This document shows positions 40,693-50,204 of a stretch of DNA of 64,000 bases, in pieces. Source of the stretch: Vampirovibrio sp. Lineage in GTDB: Bacteria > Cyanobacteriota > Vampirovibrionia > Vampirovibrionales > JAJTHC01. The DNA lies in the NCBI GenBank assembly GCA_050916035.1, contig CP050876.1, positions 410,372-474,371 on the forward strand, written 5' to 3'. The translations under genes and the position numbers were made by a program. Below the pieces are notes generated by a model. That model made no database searches and was not told where the DNA came from. It was given only the letters and a program-made list of their open reading frames with translations. Positions within the stretch are counted from its first letter, which is position 1. Every line of letters starts with the position of its first letter.

Positions 40693-41253
40693 CTACTTAA
40701 AATAAGGTACCTGGTCCATAATTGTTGCTAACTTGTGTAAGCTTTTTTCCTGAAGAGGCTTAACCTTCTTCTCAATAGTCCCTAAAGCCCCACCACCCAT
40801 AAAAAGAATCCCTGCCGTTACCAAATTAGAGCAATGCATTTGTATCGATCCTAGCGCTCCCGTAAGCGTAAGTAAACTGAAAAACCCCTGTAAAAATTGT
40901 CGTTGGGTTTTTTGTACGATCCGAGCAGAAGAGTAAAGACCAGTCCTCTTTGTTATACCCATGCGGTTTACTACGTTCGCAAGGTTTGCTCTTGCCATTG
41001 GTCCTTCTGGAATGTCATCTACATTAGACAACAAAAATGCTGCTGCTTTAATTGGAAAAACCTCTTTTTTTGCACCAATTTTTTCAAGATTTTCCTCTAT
41101 TTGACGTAGTTGCCTAGGGAGAGAGTTATGGCGGGAAGCAGAAAAAATATTAGGTAGCATAAGAAAGACCTTTTCAATAAAAAAACACCAGACGAGAGGC
41201 AATACGAGACGGGGACTATGTTGTGAGTTTAAATCAAACGGAGTCGCTGTCAA
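40693..41253 (-). CDS. hypothetical protein (lower-GC, lineage-specific)
   Basis: 186-aa ORF at about 40% GC with its own terminator and no recognisable motifs. The real start may be an internal Met. Confidence 0.3.
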   Translation of the reverse strand: MTATPFDLNSQHSPRLVLPLVWCFFIEKVFLMLPNIFSASRHNSLPRQLRQIEENLEKIGAKKEVFPIKAAAFLLSNVDDIPEGPMARANLANVVNRMGITKRTGLYSSARIVQKTQRQFLQGFFSLLTLTGALGSIQMHCSNLVTAGILFMGGGALGTIEKKVKPLQEKSLHKLATIMDQVPYFK

Positions 41254-41339
41254 GAGTATATTCAGTGATTAATAAGGTACTGGCCAGTACCCTGAAAGAA
41301 TTCACTAGGAAACGTTCAATCAGCGTCCCATCTGACGCC

Positions 41340-42527
41340 TTAAACGGTGATGGTTTGCTTGCTTCCCTCAGCCAAGGCCACGGCTTGAGCCGCGTGAATC
41401 CCCGCCCCCAGCCCCACGGGATGCCCCAAGGCGTGTAGAGCATGTTCCAAACAGGCCAAAACCATGTAGACGTCTCGTTCGCCGACAAAGCCCAAATGCC
41501 CAATGCGAAAAATCTTTCCCTTCAGGCGGGCTTGCCCATCGGCCACGGTAATGCTAAAGCGGTCCTTTAAAATTTTCCGAATTAAAGGAGCCTCCACCCC
41601 TTCAGGGGGCAAGACGGCGGTCACCGCAGGGCTGGCGTCTGCATCGTCTTCCACCAAGGGACGTAAACCCATTGCCCGAACGCCCGCGCGCACCATGTCT
41701 CTCAAGCGTCCATGGCGCTGATTCATCGCCTCTAGCCCTTCTTCCAACATCATTTGAAGACTGACATCCAAGGCCATAATCAAATGGGTGGCAGGCGTGT
41801 AGGCCGTGGTGTATTCCGCTTGGGCGTTTAAATTACGCGTAAAATTAAAGTAAAATCCGGGGTGCTGTACCACTTGTTGGTGCCGTGCTAACGCGCGTTC
41901 CCCTACCGCCAAAAAGGACAGGCCAGGGGGCATCATAAAGCCTTTTTGACTCCCGCTCATGGCCAAATCAATGCCCCATTCATCCATTTTAAAGGCATCG
42001 GCCGAAAGCCCTGTGACGGTATCCACCATGCTTAAGGCGCCATGTTCACGAATCACCCGCACCAGCGCCTTCACATCATTCAAGGCCCCAGTCGACGTTT
42101 CACTATGAACGAAAATCACCGCTTTAATGGTATGTGCGGTATCCGCGAGCAAACGCGTTTGCAAAGCCTCCACCGTATTGATTTGCCCGTCTTCCACATT
42201 CAAAGTTTCCACCACCAAGCCTAAGCTCTTGGCCATATCGCCCCAACGACGAGAAAAGACCCCACAACTCAAGACGAGAATGGTTTCTCCCGCGTTTAAA
42301 GTATTGGTTAAAGCGGCTTCGATGGCGCCTGTGGCACTTGCCGTATACACAATGACAGGATGCTGGGTTTGAAAGACCGCTTGCAGATTCGGCAAAACGC
42401 GCTTCATGATTTCCTTAAATTCAGGCGAGCGATGCCCCACCGCAGGGCGCCCCATGACTTCTCTGACGGCGTCGGGCAAAGGGGTTGGGCCAGGGATCAT
42501 TAAAAAGGGGTAATGGGGAACCGTCAT
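41340..42527 (-). CDS. class V aminotransferase (serine--glyoxylate / alanine--glyoxylate / phosphoserine aminotransferase-like)
   Basis: PLP fold class V. 'LSCGVFSRRWGDMAKSLG', 'FVHSETSTGALNDVKAL' and the lysine region 'SGSQKGFMMPPGLSF' are present. Confidence 0.8.
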   Translation of the reverse strand: MTVPHYPFLMIPGPTPLPDAVREVMGRPAVGHRSPEFKEIMKRVLPNLQAVFQTQHPVIVYTASATGAIEAALTNTLNAGETILVLSCGVFSRRWGDMAKSLGLVVETLNVEDGQINTVEALQTRLLADTAHTIKAVIFVHSETSTGALNDVKALVRVIREHGALSMVDTVTGLSADAFKMDEWGIDLAMSGSQKGFMMPPGLSFLAVGERALARHQQVVQHPGFYFNFTRNLNAQAEYTTAYTPATHLIMALDVSLQMMLEEGLEAMNQRHGRLRDMVRAGVRAMGLRPLVEDDADASPAVTAVLPPEGVEAPLIRKILKDRFSITVADGQARLKGKIFRIGHLGFVGERDVYMVLACLEHALHALGHPVGLGAGIHAAQAVALAEGSKQTITV

Positions 42528-42587
42528 GATATAGAGTCCTTTACACAGCGTTTTTGGGTTTATGCGTCTTGATTTATGCGTCTTGGT

Positions 42588-43172
42588 TTATGCCAAATCT
42601 TTAAGCGTAATGTTCAGGTCCCCCACTAAGGGGCGTAAAACAAAAATATTAATTTCAGGGTGAAAATGTCCGTTATTGCCGAGTTTGTCGGGGACAAAAT
42701 AAAAGCCCAAACGTTCAAACAAACTTTTTGAAAATAAACGAGGGGTCACTTCATAATATAGGAAATCATAGCCAAAAGCTTTGGCATCACACAGGGCTTG
42801 CTGAAGTAATTGCCCCCCTAAGCCCTGATCTCGAAAGGCGGGAGTCACATAAAATTTAATGAGTTCTGCGACTTTTCTATCGCCTTCATAACCTTTTAGA
42901 GGCTCCACCCCTCCGCAACCGACCAGCTGGCCCGTGGCATGATCTTCAATCACGTAATAAGAAGCCTTGTCTTTCGTCGCCATATAGGCAGACATCTGTG
43001 CGACTTCAGGGTCATTGGCAGGGCAATCTTCGGTATAAGAAAATTCCGCCAAGGTATCAATAATAATCCGCCGAATCGCCTCATCATCCGCAGGAAGCGC
43101 CAAACGCAAGGTGGCTTTGTCTAAAATAACACGAGGCAAGGCTTGTGCTTCTAAAACATGAGTCATCAACAT
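42588..43172 (-). CDS. GNAT-family N-acetyltransferase
   Basis: 'ELIKFYVTPAFRDQGLGGQLLQQAL' matches the acetyl-CoA binding motif A (Q/RxxGxG/A). Confidence 0.65.
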   Translation of the reverse strand: MLMTHVLEAQALPRVILDKATLRLALPADDEAIRRIIIDTLAEFSYTEDCPANDPEVAQMSAYMATKDKASYYVIEDHATGQLVGCGGVEPLKGYEGDRKVAELIKFYVTPAFRDQGLGGQLLQQALCDAKAFGYDFLYYEVTPRLFSKSLFERLGFYFVPDKLGNNGHFHPEINIFVLRPLVGDLNITLKDLA

Positions 43173-43295
43173 AAACAGAAAACTCCCTTAAGCATTAGGC
43201 GGGACACGAAATAATATAAGCTACTTTTATTATCCATACTAAAAGGATTTTGAATAGGGGGCAGACCCACCCGTTTATTCTTAAGACTTTTATTC

Positions 43296-43970
43296 TTAAG
43301 ACAAGGGCTTAAACCACAAATTCAAGCGTAACGGGGCTTGCGACGCGTCAATAAGCATACGAAGCAGGTCGTCTTGCTCTTGTCGACTCAAATACGTTTC
43401 CTGAATCCCCACCGACCACAAAAGCTTGCTCGCCAAGCGTTGAAAGCGTTCTGCATCGTATTCTGAAATGCCGTTCAAGCCCAGAATTTTCATTTCTTTG
43501 GGACGGTCATTCAAATACGCCGTCATATCCGCACTTAAACGATACAAGCGATTCGGGTAACTGGTATTACGCTGTACATTATTTACACTCAAGACCAAGC
43601 ACGCGTCATTTAAAATGTCTTGCGCCTGACGCAACGCTTGCGGATTTTGTCGAACTTCAGGGAAGCCTGCTTCTTCCAAATAACGAATACACAAGGGAGA
43701 TTTGAGCAAAGGCGCCAAGCCTTGGTCCAAAAACAAGGCCACTCGACTATTCTTCGCACGCGTGGCAGGCATAAACAAATAGGTATAAAAATAACCTTGG
43801 CGACGGGCTTGAATCGTGTCGTGTAGACTTGGAGCGGGGGAAGCATGACGCGTTTGATTCGCAGGCGCCCATCGAGGGGAAGGATACAACGTCGCCCCCC
43901 ATGAGAGAGAGGACAAAGAAGGTACTTGGCGTTGACTCAAAGAAAAACCCACCAAGAGGCTCCTTTCCAA
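43296..43970 (-). CDS. hypothetical protein
   Basis: 224-aa ORF with no recognisable domain and a Ser/Pro-rich N-terminus. Confidence 0.3.
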   Translation of the reverse strand: MERSLLVGFSLSQRQVPSLSSLSWGATLYPSPRWAPANQTRHASPAPSLHDTIQARRQGYFYTYLFMPATRAKNSRVALFLDQGLAPLLKSPLCIRYLEEAGFPEVRQNPQALRQAQDILNDACLVLSVNNVQRNTSYPNRLYRLSADMTAYLNDRPKEMKILGLNGISEYDAERFQRLASKLLWSVGIQETYLSRQEQDDLLRMLIDASQAPLRLNLWFKPLS

Positions 43971-44090
43971 TCCCTTTGTCTACCCCATGAAGAGATAACA
44001 CGAGGAGGAGCATACATAAAACTAAACGAAGTATAGCACTATACTAAGCAGATTGTCCACTGCCAAAAAACGAGAGGATCCCCTGCGTGT

Positions 44091-44783
44091 TTAGACCGAT
44101 TCTTCCGTAAAATAGGTCTGCCAGATATTCGCTGCACTTTCACTCACCATGGCCTTTTCCTGAATCAAGGCGACCGCTTCTTGCGTTAAGATTTCAATCG
44201 GAAGCAAGGCATCCAGTCGGTGGATGCGCGTGGGTTCTTGTCGTGCTAACGTTAAAAATCCTTGACGCACGCTTTCTTGAAAGGCCATTCCTTCTTGCTC
44301 TAAGCGGTCCTGTCCCCCACGGGTTTGAATCCGCCGTGCTAAAAGGCTAACGTCTGCGTCAAACCACAAGGTTAAATGGGGGTGTAAATCTCCACAGGCA
44401 AAACGGTTTAATTGTAAAATCAGGCTAGGATCAATCCCACGCGCCGCCCCTTGATAGGCAATGGAAGAATCGACAAAACGATCACACAAAACGATAGCCC
44501 CTCTTTCCAAGGCAGGCGCGAGCAATTCCGCCACATGTTGAGCGCGATCCGCCATGTACAAAAGCAACTCCGCCATCGGGGCCATGGAGGCTTCCCCCGC
44601 CTGAAGCGGATTCAATAAAAGCTGACGAATGGCCTGCCCCAAAACAGTCCCGCCAGGGTTACGCGTTTGGACAATTTCTTGATCAGGATAAATATGACGA
44701 AGCGCCTCCGACACGGCGTGCCACTGCGTACTTTTTCCGCAACCATCTACGCCTTCAAAGGTCACTAAAAATCCTGTTTCCAT
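44091..44783 (-). CDS. tmk: thymidylate kinase
   Basis: P-loop 'FEGVDGCGKSTQ' and the 'DRF' motif ('LCDRFVDSSIAYQG') are present. Confidence 0.9.
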   Translation of the reverse strand: METGFLVTFEGVDGCGKSTQWHAVSEALRHIYPDQEIVQTRNPGGTVLGQAIRQLLLNPLQAGEASMAPMAELLLYMADRAQHVAELLAPALERGAIVLCDRFVDSSIAYQGAARGIDPSLILQLNRFACGDLHPHLTLWFDADVSLLARRIQTRGGQDRLEQEGMAFQESVRQGFLTLARQEPTRIHRLDALLPIEILTQEAVALIQEKAMVSESAANIWQTYFTEESV

Positions 44784-45031
44784 GGGCCTACATCCTTACA
44801 GCATTGTACATGAATAGTGTTGCTCACTCTAAGATAAAATTAACATAAAAAAGGAGCAGGCCAAGCTGAATATTTAGACTATTTAATGAAGGTATTGCAA
44901 CAAAACGTACGGCTTTATGACAAGCCCCTAGATAACACGTTCAACGATGAAACCTTGAAGCTCCCGTATGCTTGTGGGACACTATCAAAATAACACTTCA
45001 CCCCCTTTAAGCATTAAGGATCCTAACGACT

Positions 45032-46624
45032 ATGCCCAAAATTTTAGTGACCGATCAAATCCATGAAAATGCTGTCGCCATTTTGAGTCCCCTTTGTGAC
45101 GTAAAATATGTGGCCAATGTTCCTGCGGATGAGTTGGTGGCCACCTTAAAAGACTGTGATGGCGTCATGATTCGTAGTGCGTCCACCATCACGGCGGAGG
45201 TTTTACGCCAAGTCCCCCACTTGCAAATTATTGGCCGTGCAGGGGTCGGGGTAGACAATGTAGACTTAGCAGCGGCCAACCAACAAGGGGTCGTGGTGGT
45301 GAATTCTCCAGAAGGCAACACTGTTGCCGCGGCAGAACATACCATTGGTCTGATGTTTGCCTTGGCGCGTCACATTCCCCAAGGGGATGCCAGCCTCAAA
45401 GCAGGACGTTGGGACCGTAAATCACTCACCGGCATAGAACTGTTCAATAAAACCTTAGGCTTAATCGGCTTGGGGAAAATTGGATCCCGCGTCGCGAAAG
45501 TGGCCAAATCCGTCGGTATGAAAATCGTGGTGTACGATCCTTTCATCAGCAAAGACGTCGTAGAAGCATTGGGCGCTAGACATACCACGCAACTCACTGA
45601 TATTTGGAAGCATTCCGATTTCATCACCGTGCATGTGCCTAAAACAAAGGACACACTCAATTTACTCAACACGGAAACCCTAAAGCAATGTAAGGCGGGG
45701 GTTCGTATCATCAATTGTGCCCGCGGCGGCATCATCAACGAATCCGATCTCGCCGACGCGCTTCGCACGGGTCACGTGGCAGGCGCCGCTTTAGATGTAT
45801 ACCATGAAGAACCTTTAAATGTGGCAAGCCCTTTATTGGCCGAAGACTTAGCGGGAAAAGTGGTCCTTACTCCCCATTTAGGGGCTTCTACGGAAGAAGC
45901 CCAAGTCAATGTCGCTTTAGATGTGGCCGAACAATTACGAGACTTTTTTGCGACAGGGGCCTTACGCTCCGTGGTAAATTCCCCTCTCCTTCGATCAGAA
46001 GTCATGGATCCCATTCGTCCCTATTTACCCTTAGGCGAAGCCATGGGTCGCTTGGGGCGTCAATTGGCAACAGGGGGCATCACCCAAGTAGAACTCATCG
46101 CCAAAGGGAGCTTGGCAGAAGAAAACATTGCCCCTTTAAGTCTGGCGGTACTGAAGGGACTATTAAGTGTCAATCGTGAAGGGGTTAATTACATTAATGC
46201 CACGTCGCTTGCCAAAAGCATTGGCATCACCGTACAGGAAAGTAAATCCACCGCCAAAGGTAGCCTCCCTAATTTACTGACCATTATCCTCACCAATGAT
46301 CAAGGAATTAGGCTGAGTCTTTCTGGTACGGTAATGGCACCCGATGTGATTCGCATCGTGGATATTGAAGGGTTTAAAACCTCCTTAAAACCCACCGACT
46401 ACATGTTAATGGTGCCCCATGAAGACAAGCCTGGCATGATTGCACAAATTGGAACGATTCTAGGAAATGCAAACATTAATATTTCAGCTTTACAAGTGGG
46501 CAAAAGTGGAGACGGGGATAAAAGCATCATGCTATTTAACTTGGACAGCCCTGTTGAGCAGGAGGTGCTGAGCCAACTGGGGCAAGTAAAAGGCTGTTAT
46601 ACGGCCAAAGCGCTCAGCCTCTAA
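45032..46624 (+). CDS. serA: D-3-phosphoglycerate dehydrogenase (with C-terminal ASB/ACT domains)
   Basis: NAD-binding 'GLIGLGKIGSRVA' and the catalytic 'CARGGIINE...HLGASTEEAQ' are present. The 530-aa length indicates the long-form SerA. Confidence 0.9.
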   Translation: MPKILVTDQIHENAVAILSPLCDVKYVANVPADELVATLKDCDGVMIRSASTITAEVLRQVPHLQIIGRAGVGVDNVDLAAANQQGVVVVNSPEGNTVAAAEHTIGLMFALARHIPQGDASLKAGRWDRKSLTGIELFNKTLGLIGLGKIGSRVAKVAKSVGMKIVVYDPFISKDVVEALGARHTTQLTDIWKHSDFITVHVPKTKDTLNLLNTETLKQCKAGVRIINCARGGIINESDLADALRTGHVAGAALDVYHEEPLNVASPLLAEDLAGKVVLTPHLGASTEEAQVNVALDVAEQLRDFFATGALRSVVNSPLLRSEVMDPIRPYLPLGEAMGRLGRQLATGGITQVELIAKGSLAEENIAPLSLAVLKGLLSVNREGVNYINATSLAKSIGITVQESKSTAKGSLPNLLTIILTNDQGIRLSLSGTVMAPDVIRIVDIEGFKTSLKPTDYMLMVPHEDKPGMIAQIGTILGNANINISALQVGKSGDGDKSIMLFNLDSPVEQEVLSQLGQVKGCYTAKALSL

Positions 46625-46757
46625 AATTGTTAAAAAAATATTATATTGCCTTTTTAAGGCTTGACTCTTTGTTCGCAAAATGATTTAGTGGTTCATGTGG
46701 ATTTCATCATGAGCTCCACCAATTTTATATGTAATGTAGATAAGGATCTTAATTTTT

Positions 46758-47300
46758 ATGTTGAAAAAGTTTTTGCCACTTTTGGCCATTGTTGCTCTAG
46801 CTACTGTGTCTTTGCCTGCTTTTGCGAATGACAGCGTACATCATGCTTCCTCTTCTCACTATACTTCATCTGAGTCTGGTATGGTGCATTCTGATATCGT
46901 AGGAACTGCTTTAAACAATCCTAATTTTTCTACCTTAGTGACTGCTTTAAAAGCAGCTGGATTGGTTGAAGCCTTACAGGGCCCTGGTCCTTTCACGGTA
47001 TTTGCTCCCACCAATGCTGCCTTTAACAAATTGCCCGCAGGTACTCTTGAAAGCCTTTTAAAGCCTGAAAACAAAGGTAAGCTTCAAGATATTTTAAAGT
47101 ACCATGTTATTCAAGGTAATGTAATGTCTACGGATATTAAATCAGGTACGGTCGCTGTAGGAAGCTTAGAAGGCAAATCTTTGGCTGTTCAAAGAACCAA
47201 GGGTAATGCCGTTAAAATCAATGAATCCTTGGTCACTATGCCTGATGTAAAAACATCCAACGGTACCATTCACGCGATTGACACGGTTTTACTCCCTTAG
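46758..47300 (+). CDS. secreted fasciclin (FAS1) domain protein
   Basis: A signal peptide is present ('MLKKFLPLLAIVALATVSLPAFA'). FAS1 motifs 'TVFAPTNAAFNKLPAGTLESLL' and 'ILKYHVIQGNV' are present. Confidence 0.8.
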   Translation: MLKKFLPLLAIVALATVSLPAFANDSVHHASSSHYTSSESGMVHSDIVGTALNNPNFSTLVTALKAAGLVEALQGPGPFTVFAPTNAAFNKLPAGTLESLLKPENKGKLQDILKYHVIQGNVMSTDIKSGTVAVGSLEGKSLAVQRTKGNAVKINESLVTMPDVKTSNGTIHAIDTVLLP

Positions 47301-47323
47301 TCAAATCACGTCATACGTTTTAA

Positions 47324-47355
47324 AAGACTCCTTGAACAGTCAGGGAGTCTTTTGC
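47324..47355 (+). terminator. terminator of the fasciclin gene
   Basis: AAGACTCC-N12-GGAGTCTT followed by TTGC. Confidence 0.5.
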
Positions 47356-47523
47356 TAAACAGGTCGGCCTATTTGATCATTTGTAACGATTTGTAAAAAT
47401 ATGCGTCCATGGTAAAAAATAGACTTGTTTTATTGACAACTTGTTGTATTCTTTAGATACTCTGATGCAATGTTTTTTCTATTATTGTAAAGCAAATGCT
47501 TTTATAATATTAAAGAATTACAC

Positions 47524-47551
47524 CCCCTTCTCCTCGAGAAGGGGTTTTTTT
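47524..47551 (+). terminator. strong Rho-independent terminator in the fasciclin-IS intergenic region (ends a roughly 80-nt candidate sRNA)
   Basis: Perfect 9-bp stem CCCCTTCTC-CTC-GAGAAGGGG followed by seven T residues. A TTGACA-N17-GATACT promoter-like site lies about 75 nt upstream (47445..47473). Confidence 0.55.
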
Positions 47552-47713
47552 ATACGTCTGGTGTTTTAAATACGACCCCCCTTTATCCTTCCGTTGTGGG
47601 ATTCCGAATTAATATATCTGCAGGACGCCACATTTTCTCGATATACTAGGTAGTGTCGACATATAAATAATGATATAATAAATCCAAGATCTAGTTGTTT
47701 TGAGGGATTTATT

Positions 47714-48070
47714 ATGAACGATTATATTCAATACGAGTTGTCTAAAGCCCAATGGAATCAGATAAAAGAGGCTCTACCTGGTCAGTCGCATCATAGAGGA
47801 CGCACTGCCGAAAACAACCGTCTTTTTGTAGAAGCAGTATTATGGATGGGGCGAAACGGGGGAAGATGGAGGTCGCTTCCCTATTATTACGGCAAGTGGA
47901 GCAGTGTTCACAAGCGCTTCATTCGTTGGGCGAAACAAGGCATTTGGCAAATGATTTTCAACACCCTTGCCACATCGGCAGATACCGAATGGCTTATGAT
48001 TGATTCGACGATTATTCGCGCCCACCAGTGTTCAGCAGGGGCAAAAAAAGTGCCGGAAAACAAGCGTTAG
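47714..48070 (+). CDS. IS transposase OrfA
   Basis: Identical to the 5694..6050 product. Confidence 0.8.
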   Translation: MNDYIQYELSKAQWNQIKEALPGQSHHRGRTAENNRLFVEAVLWMGRNGGRWRSLPYYYGKWSSVHKRFIRWAKQGIWQMIFNTLATSADTEWLMIDSTIIRAHQCSAGAKKVPENKR

Positions 48071-48474
48071 GACGATCGTCAGGGGGCTATACGAGCAAGC
48101 TTCACGCCGTTTGTGACAGCCACGGCAACCCCGTTCGCTTTATCGTCACCGCAGGGCAGGTTTCCGACTCAACCCAAGCCATCCCTTTGTTAAAAGGGCT
48201 TGAAGCCACGGCGGTTTTGGCGGACAAGGGCTATGTTTCAGAACAAATATTTGAGGCGATTCACCTCATGGGGGCTGAAGTGGTCATCCCTAATAAAAGC
48301 AATGCGGTGGCTCCTCGTCAAGTCGATTACTTCCTTTACAAGGCTCGCCACTTGGTAGAAAACTTGTTTAAAGACCTTAAAAACTTCAGGCGAATGGCAA
48401 CCCGTTACGATAAATTAGATGTGGCTTATTTGTCTTTTGTTCATCTTGCTTCTATTTGTTTATGGCTTAAGTAA
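48028..48474 (+). CDS. IS transposase OrfB (DDE), -1 frame relative to OrfA
   Basis: Identical to the 5290..5736 product. It overlaps the A7G slippery site. Confidence 0.8.
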   Translation: MFSRGKKSAGKQALGRSSGGYTSKLHAVCDSHGNPVRFIVTAGQVSDSTQAIPLLKGLEATAVLADKGYVSEQIFEAIHLMGAEVVIPNKSNAVAPRQVDYFLYKARHLVENLFKDLKNFRRMATRYDKLDVAYLSFVHLASICLWLK

Positions 48475-48598
48475 ATGTCGACACTACCTAAGTTTAACGT
48501 TAAAACATGTAACAATCTATTCAAGCATTTTAAAAAAGTAACCGACCCATTTAAAGACCTTCATTTCCATCACAAACCCTTTCCAGAGGAGCTTCATC

Positions 48599-49027
48599 AT
48601 GTTGAATCGACACAAGCAAGACGCCTTTACCCTCATCGAACTTGGGGTGATTATTGCTATTATTGGCGTAATGTCCGCCGTCGCCGTCACACAAATGATG
48701 GATTTGACAGGCAATGCCGAAGCAGCCGTTTTAGAAGATTATCTACAAAAATTAAATTCGGGATCTGCTCAGTTTTTGGCTTATAGGGGCCGTCGTCCAA
48801 CGGGCTTTGGTGAATTTATGGCCGCCACCAACGCCGATTTAGACCCCGACACGGGCCTTGTGGTGCCCTTACTGTATAGCAAAAGTGGAGATGAAATGTG
48901 CGGAACCACGGCCCCTGGGGATGATGCCGAAACCCTCACCTGTGATGGTGAAGGCTTGGCCAACCGTAAAGCCGTGTATACCCTTGACAACGGCATGGTC
49001 ACCATGGTGTTAACCAACGTCGATTAA
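48599..49027 (+). CDS. prepilin-type N-terminal cleavage/methylation domain protein (type IV pilin / pseudopilin-like), orphan
   Basis: 'MLNRHKQDAFTLIELGVIIAIIGVMSAVAV' is a class III leader plus the FTLIE N-methylation motif and a hydrophobic helix. It has Ala rather than Gly at position -1. Two Cys in the C-terminal half could form a disulfide loop. Confidence 0.65.
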   Translation: MLNRHKQDAFTLIELGVIIAIIGVMSAVAVTQMMDLTGNAEAAVLEDYLQKLNSGSAQFLAYRGRRPTGFGEFMAATNADLDPDTGLVVPLLYSKSGDEMCGTTAPGDDAETLTCDGEGLANRKAVYTLDNGMVTMVLTNVD

Positions 49028-49060
49028 GCCCCTCAAAGCACTTCGCGGCTCAATTTAAAT

Positions 49061-49095
49061 CAAAGAGGCGACAAATCCATTTTGCCGCCTCTTTG
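49061..49095. terminator. hairpin between convergent pilin-like gene (+) and small ORF (-)
   Basis: Perfect 10-bp inverted repeat CAAAGAGGCG-N15-CGCCTCTTTG. Flanking T/A tracts are weak. Confidence 0.4.
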
Positions 49096-49127
49096 ATCGC
49101 TAATGATTGATTTGAAGAGTGACTTCT

Positions 49128-49418
49128 CTAACCGCAAACGTTCAGTCGGCCCCCAGCACTGCAAGCATTTTGGCTGGCTTTCATCTGGAAAGGCGAACCT
49201 AATTGAGGGGTCAAAGAACTGACACCCAATTGAGCAAACTGACTAGGATCAAAACCGCTAAAACTAGAGTTTCTTGGTCCTATATTCCCTGAACCAATAG
49301 CATTGACTGGCGGAAAAGGAGGACCTTGCAAAGGCAAAGTAGGCCCTACAAATTGAGGAATCTGCAAAGAGCTTGGACGATAAGAAGTATTAGAAACAGG
49401 ATTAATAGCACCACCCAT
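49128..49418 (-). CDS. small Gly/Pro/Ser-rich hypothetical protein (96 aa)
   Basis: A good ribosome-binding site is present (GAAAGGA, 8 nt, ATG). The product is low-complexity and ends 'CSAGGRLNVCG'. Coding status is uncertain. Confidence 0.3.
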   Translation of the reverse strand: MGGAINPVSNTSYRPSSLQIPQFVGPTLPLQGPPFPPVNAIGSGNIGPRNSSFSGFDPSQFAQLGVSSLTPQLGSPFQMKASQNACSAGGRLNVCG

Positions 49419-49583
49419 AAATGTGATCCTTTCGAGAATTAAGCTACCTAAGTATATAAAACCCGAAAGAAAAAAGCAATTGCCTTTTGTAACAAATTAT
49501 GTCGCCATCTTCATTTTTTTTTAAGATGACCGAAGCGATAAGGTAGCCATTGACTTACGTTTCGTTTTATTAAAGGAGCTCGC

Positions 49584-49976
49584 ATGGATTCTTATCGTCA
49601 AGATTTAAGAGAATTACTGAGAGATGGCTCCTTAAGCCAACGTCAACAATTGACGATTCGTCTCATGTATCAACATTACGGTAAAAAACATAGTATCTAC
49701 CTCATTCTCGTGACCACCTTAGGCTGGCTGGGCATTCACCGATACTATGTCGACAGTGACGTCATGAACGGCCTGATGAGTCCCCTCTGTTTGAGCTTTC
49801 CTTTGGTGGCGCCTTTACTTTATTTAAGCCAACATAAAGAGGCTTGGTTCTTTGGTCTAGGGTGGCTTGCCCTGCTTTATATCATTGCGTTATGTGAAGT
49901 GCCGTTTCACTGGCTTAAAATCAAGCGTAACAACACGGATTTAAAACAATTTTTGCAAGAACACGTCAAGAATTAG
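49584..49976 (+). CDS. TM2-domain membrane protein
   Basis: 'LILVTTLGWLGIHRYYVDSD' matches the TM2 signature (GxxGxHRFYxG-like). A second hydrophobic helix is present. Confidence 0.55.
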   Translation: MDSYRQDLRELLRDGSLSQRQQLTIRLMYQHYGKKHSIYLILVTTLGWLGIHRYYVDSDVMNGLMSPLCLSFPLVAPLLYLSQHKEAWFFGLGWLALLYIIALCEVPFHWLKIKRNNTDLKQFLQEHVKN

Positions 49977-50020
49977 GTCAACACCACAAGGCCATCACTT
50001 GCTTTTCACTTGACAACTTT

Positions 50021-50050
50021 TGAAATCCTATGCTAGCCTTAACTTATCAT
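50021..50050 (+). promoter_or_regulatory. candidate sigma70 promoter for the metY leader (TTGAAA-N18-TATCAT)
   Basis: Sequence match only. It is positioned about 30 nt upstream of the leader-peptide ribosome-binding site. Confidence 0.3.
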
Positions 50051-50078
50051 TTAACTTTAGATTGCATAGGATGTTTAC

Positions 50079-50204
50079 ATGCGTTTTACTTCCCCCTCTA
50101 GATATTGTATGTGTGTGGACTTATTCCTCATGCCATGCATGCCCATGATGCCCTGCATGGGTCGAGGTGAGCTTTCTTTGAAACACTTCTCTTCTTTCAC
50201 GTAA
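50079..50204 (+). CDS. candidate attenuator leader peptide, Met/Cys-rich (MRFTSPSRYCMCVDLFLMPCMPMMPCMGRGELSLKHFSSFT)
   Basis: AGGA lies 7 nt upstream of the ATG at 50079. The 41 codons include 7 Met and 4 Cys, concentrated in 'MPCMPMMPCM'. It lies in the 5' leader of metY and overlaps the antiterminator arm. Confidence 0.45.
   Translation: MRFTSPSRYCMCVDLFLMPCMPMMPCMGRGELSLKHFSSFT

Larger units (their letters stand above)
47647..48490 (+). mobile_element. IS5-family (IS427/IS1031-like) insertion sequence, copy 2 (core 47649..48488 flanked by TA..TA)
   Basis: Same 14-bp terminal repeats (GGTAGTGTCGACAT) as copy 1, and identical orfA/orfB products. It is in inverted orientation relative to copy 1. 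An A7G slippery site lies at 48043..48050. Confidence 0.85.

Noticed and set aside
48475-48786. 103-aa ORF reading out of the right end of IS copy 2
   Set aside because: The start codon lies inside the IS terminal repeat and the product is low-complexity. It is probably not a gene, though IS-driven read-out transcription remains possible.
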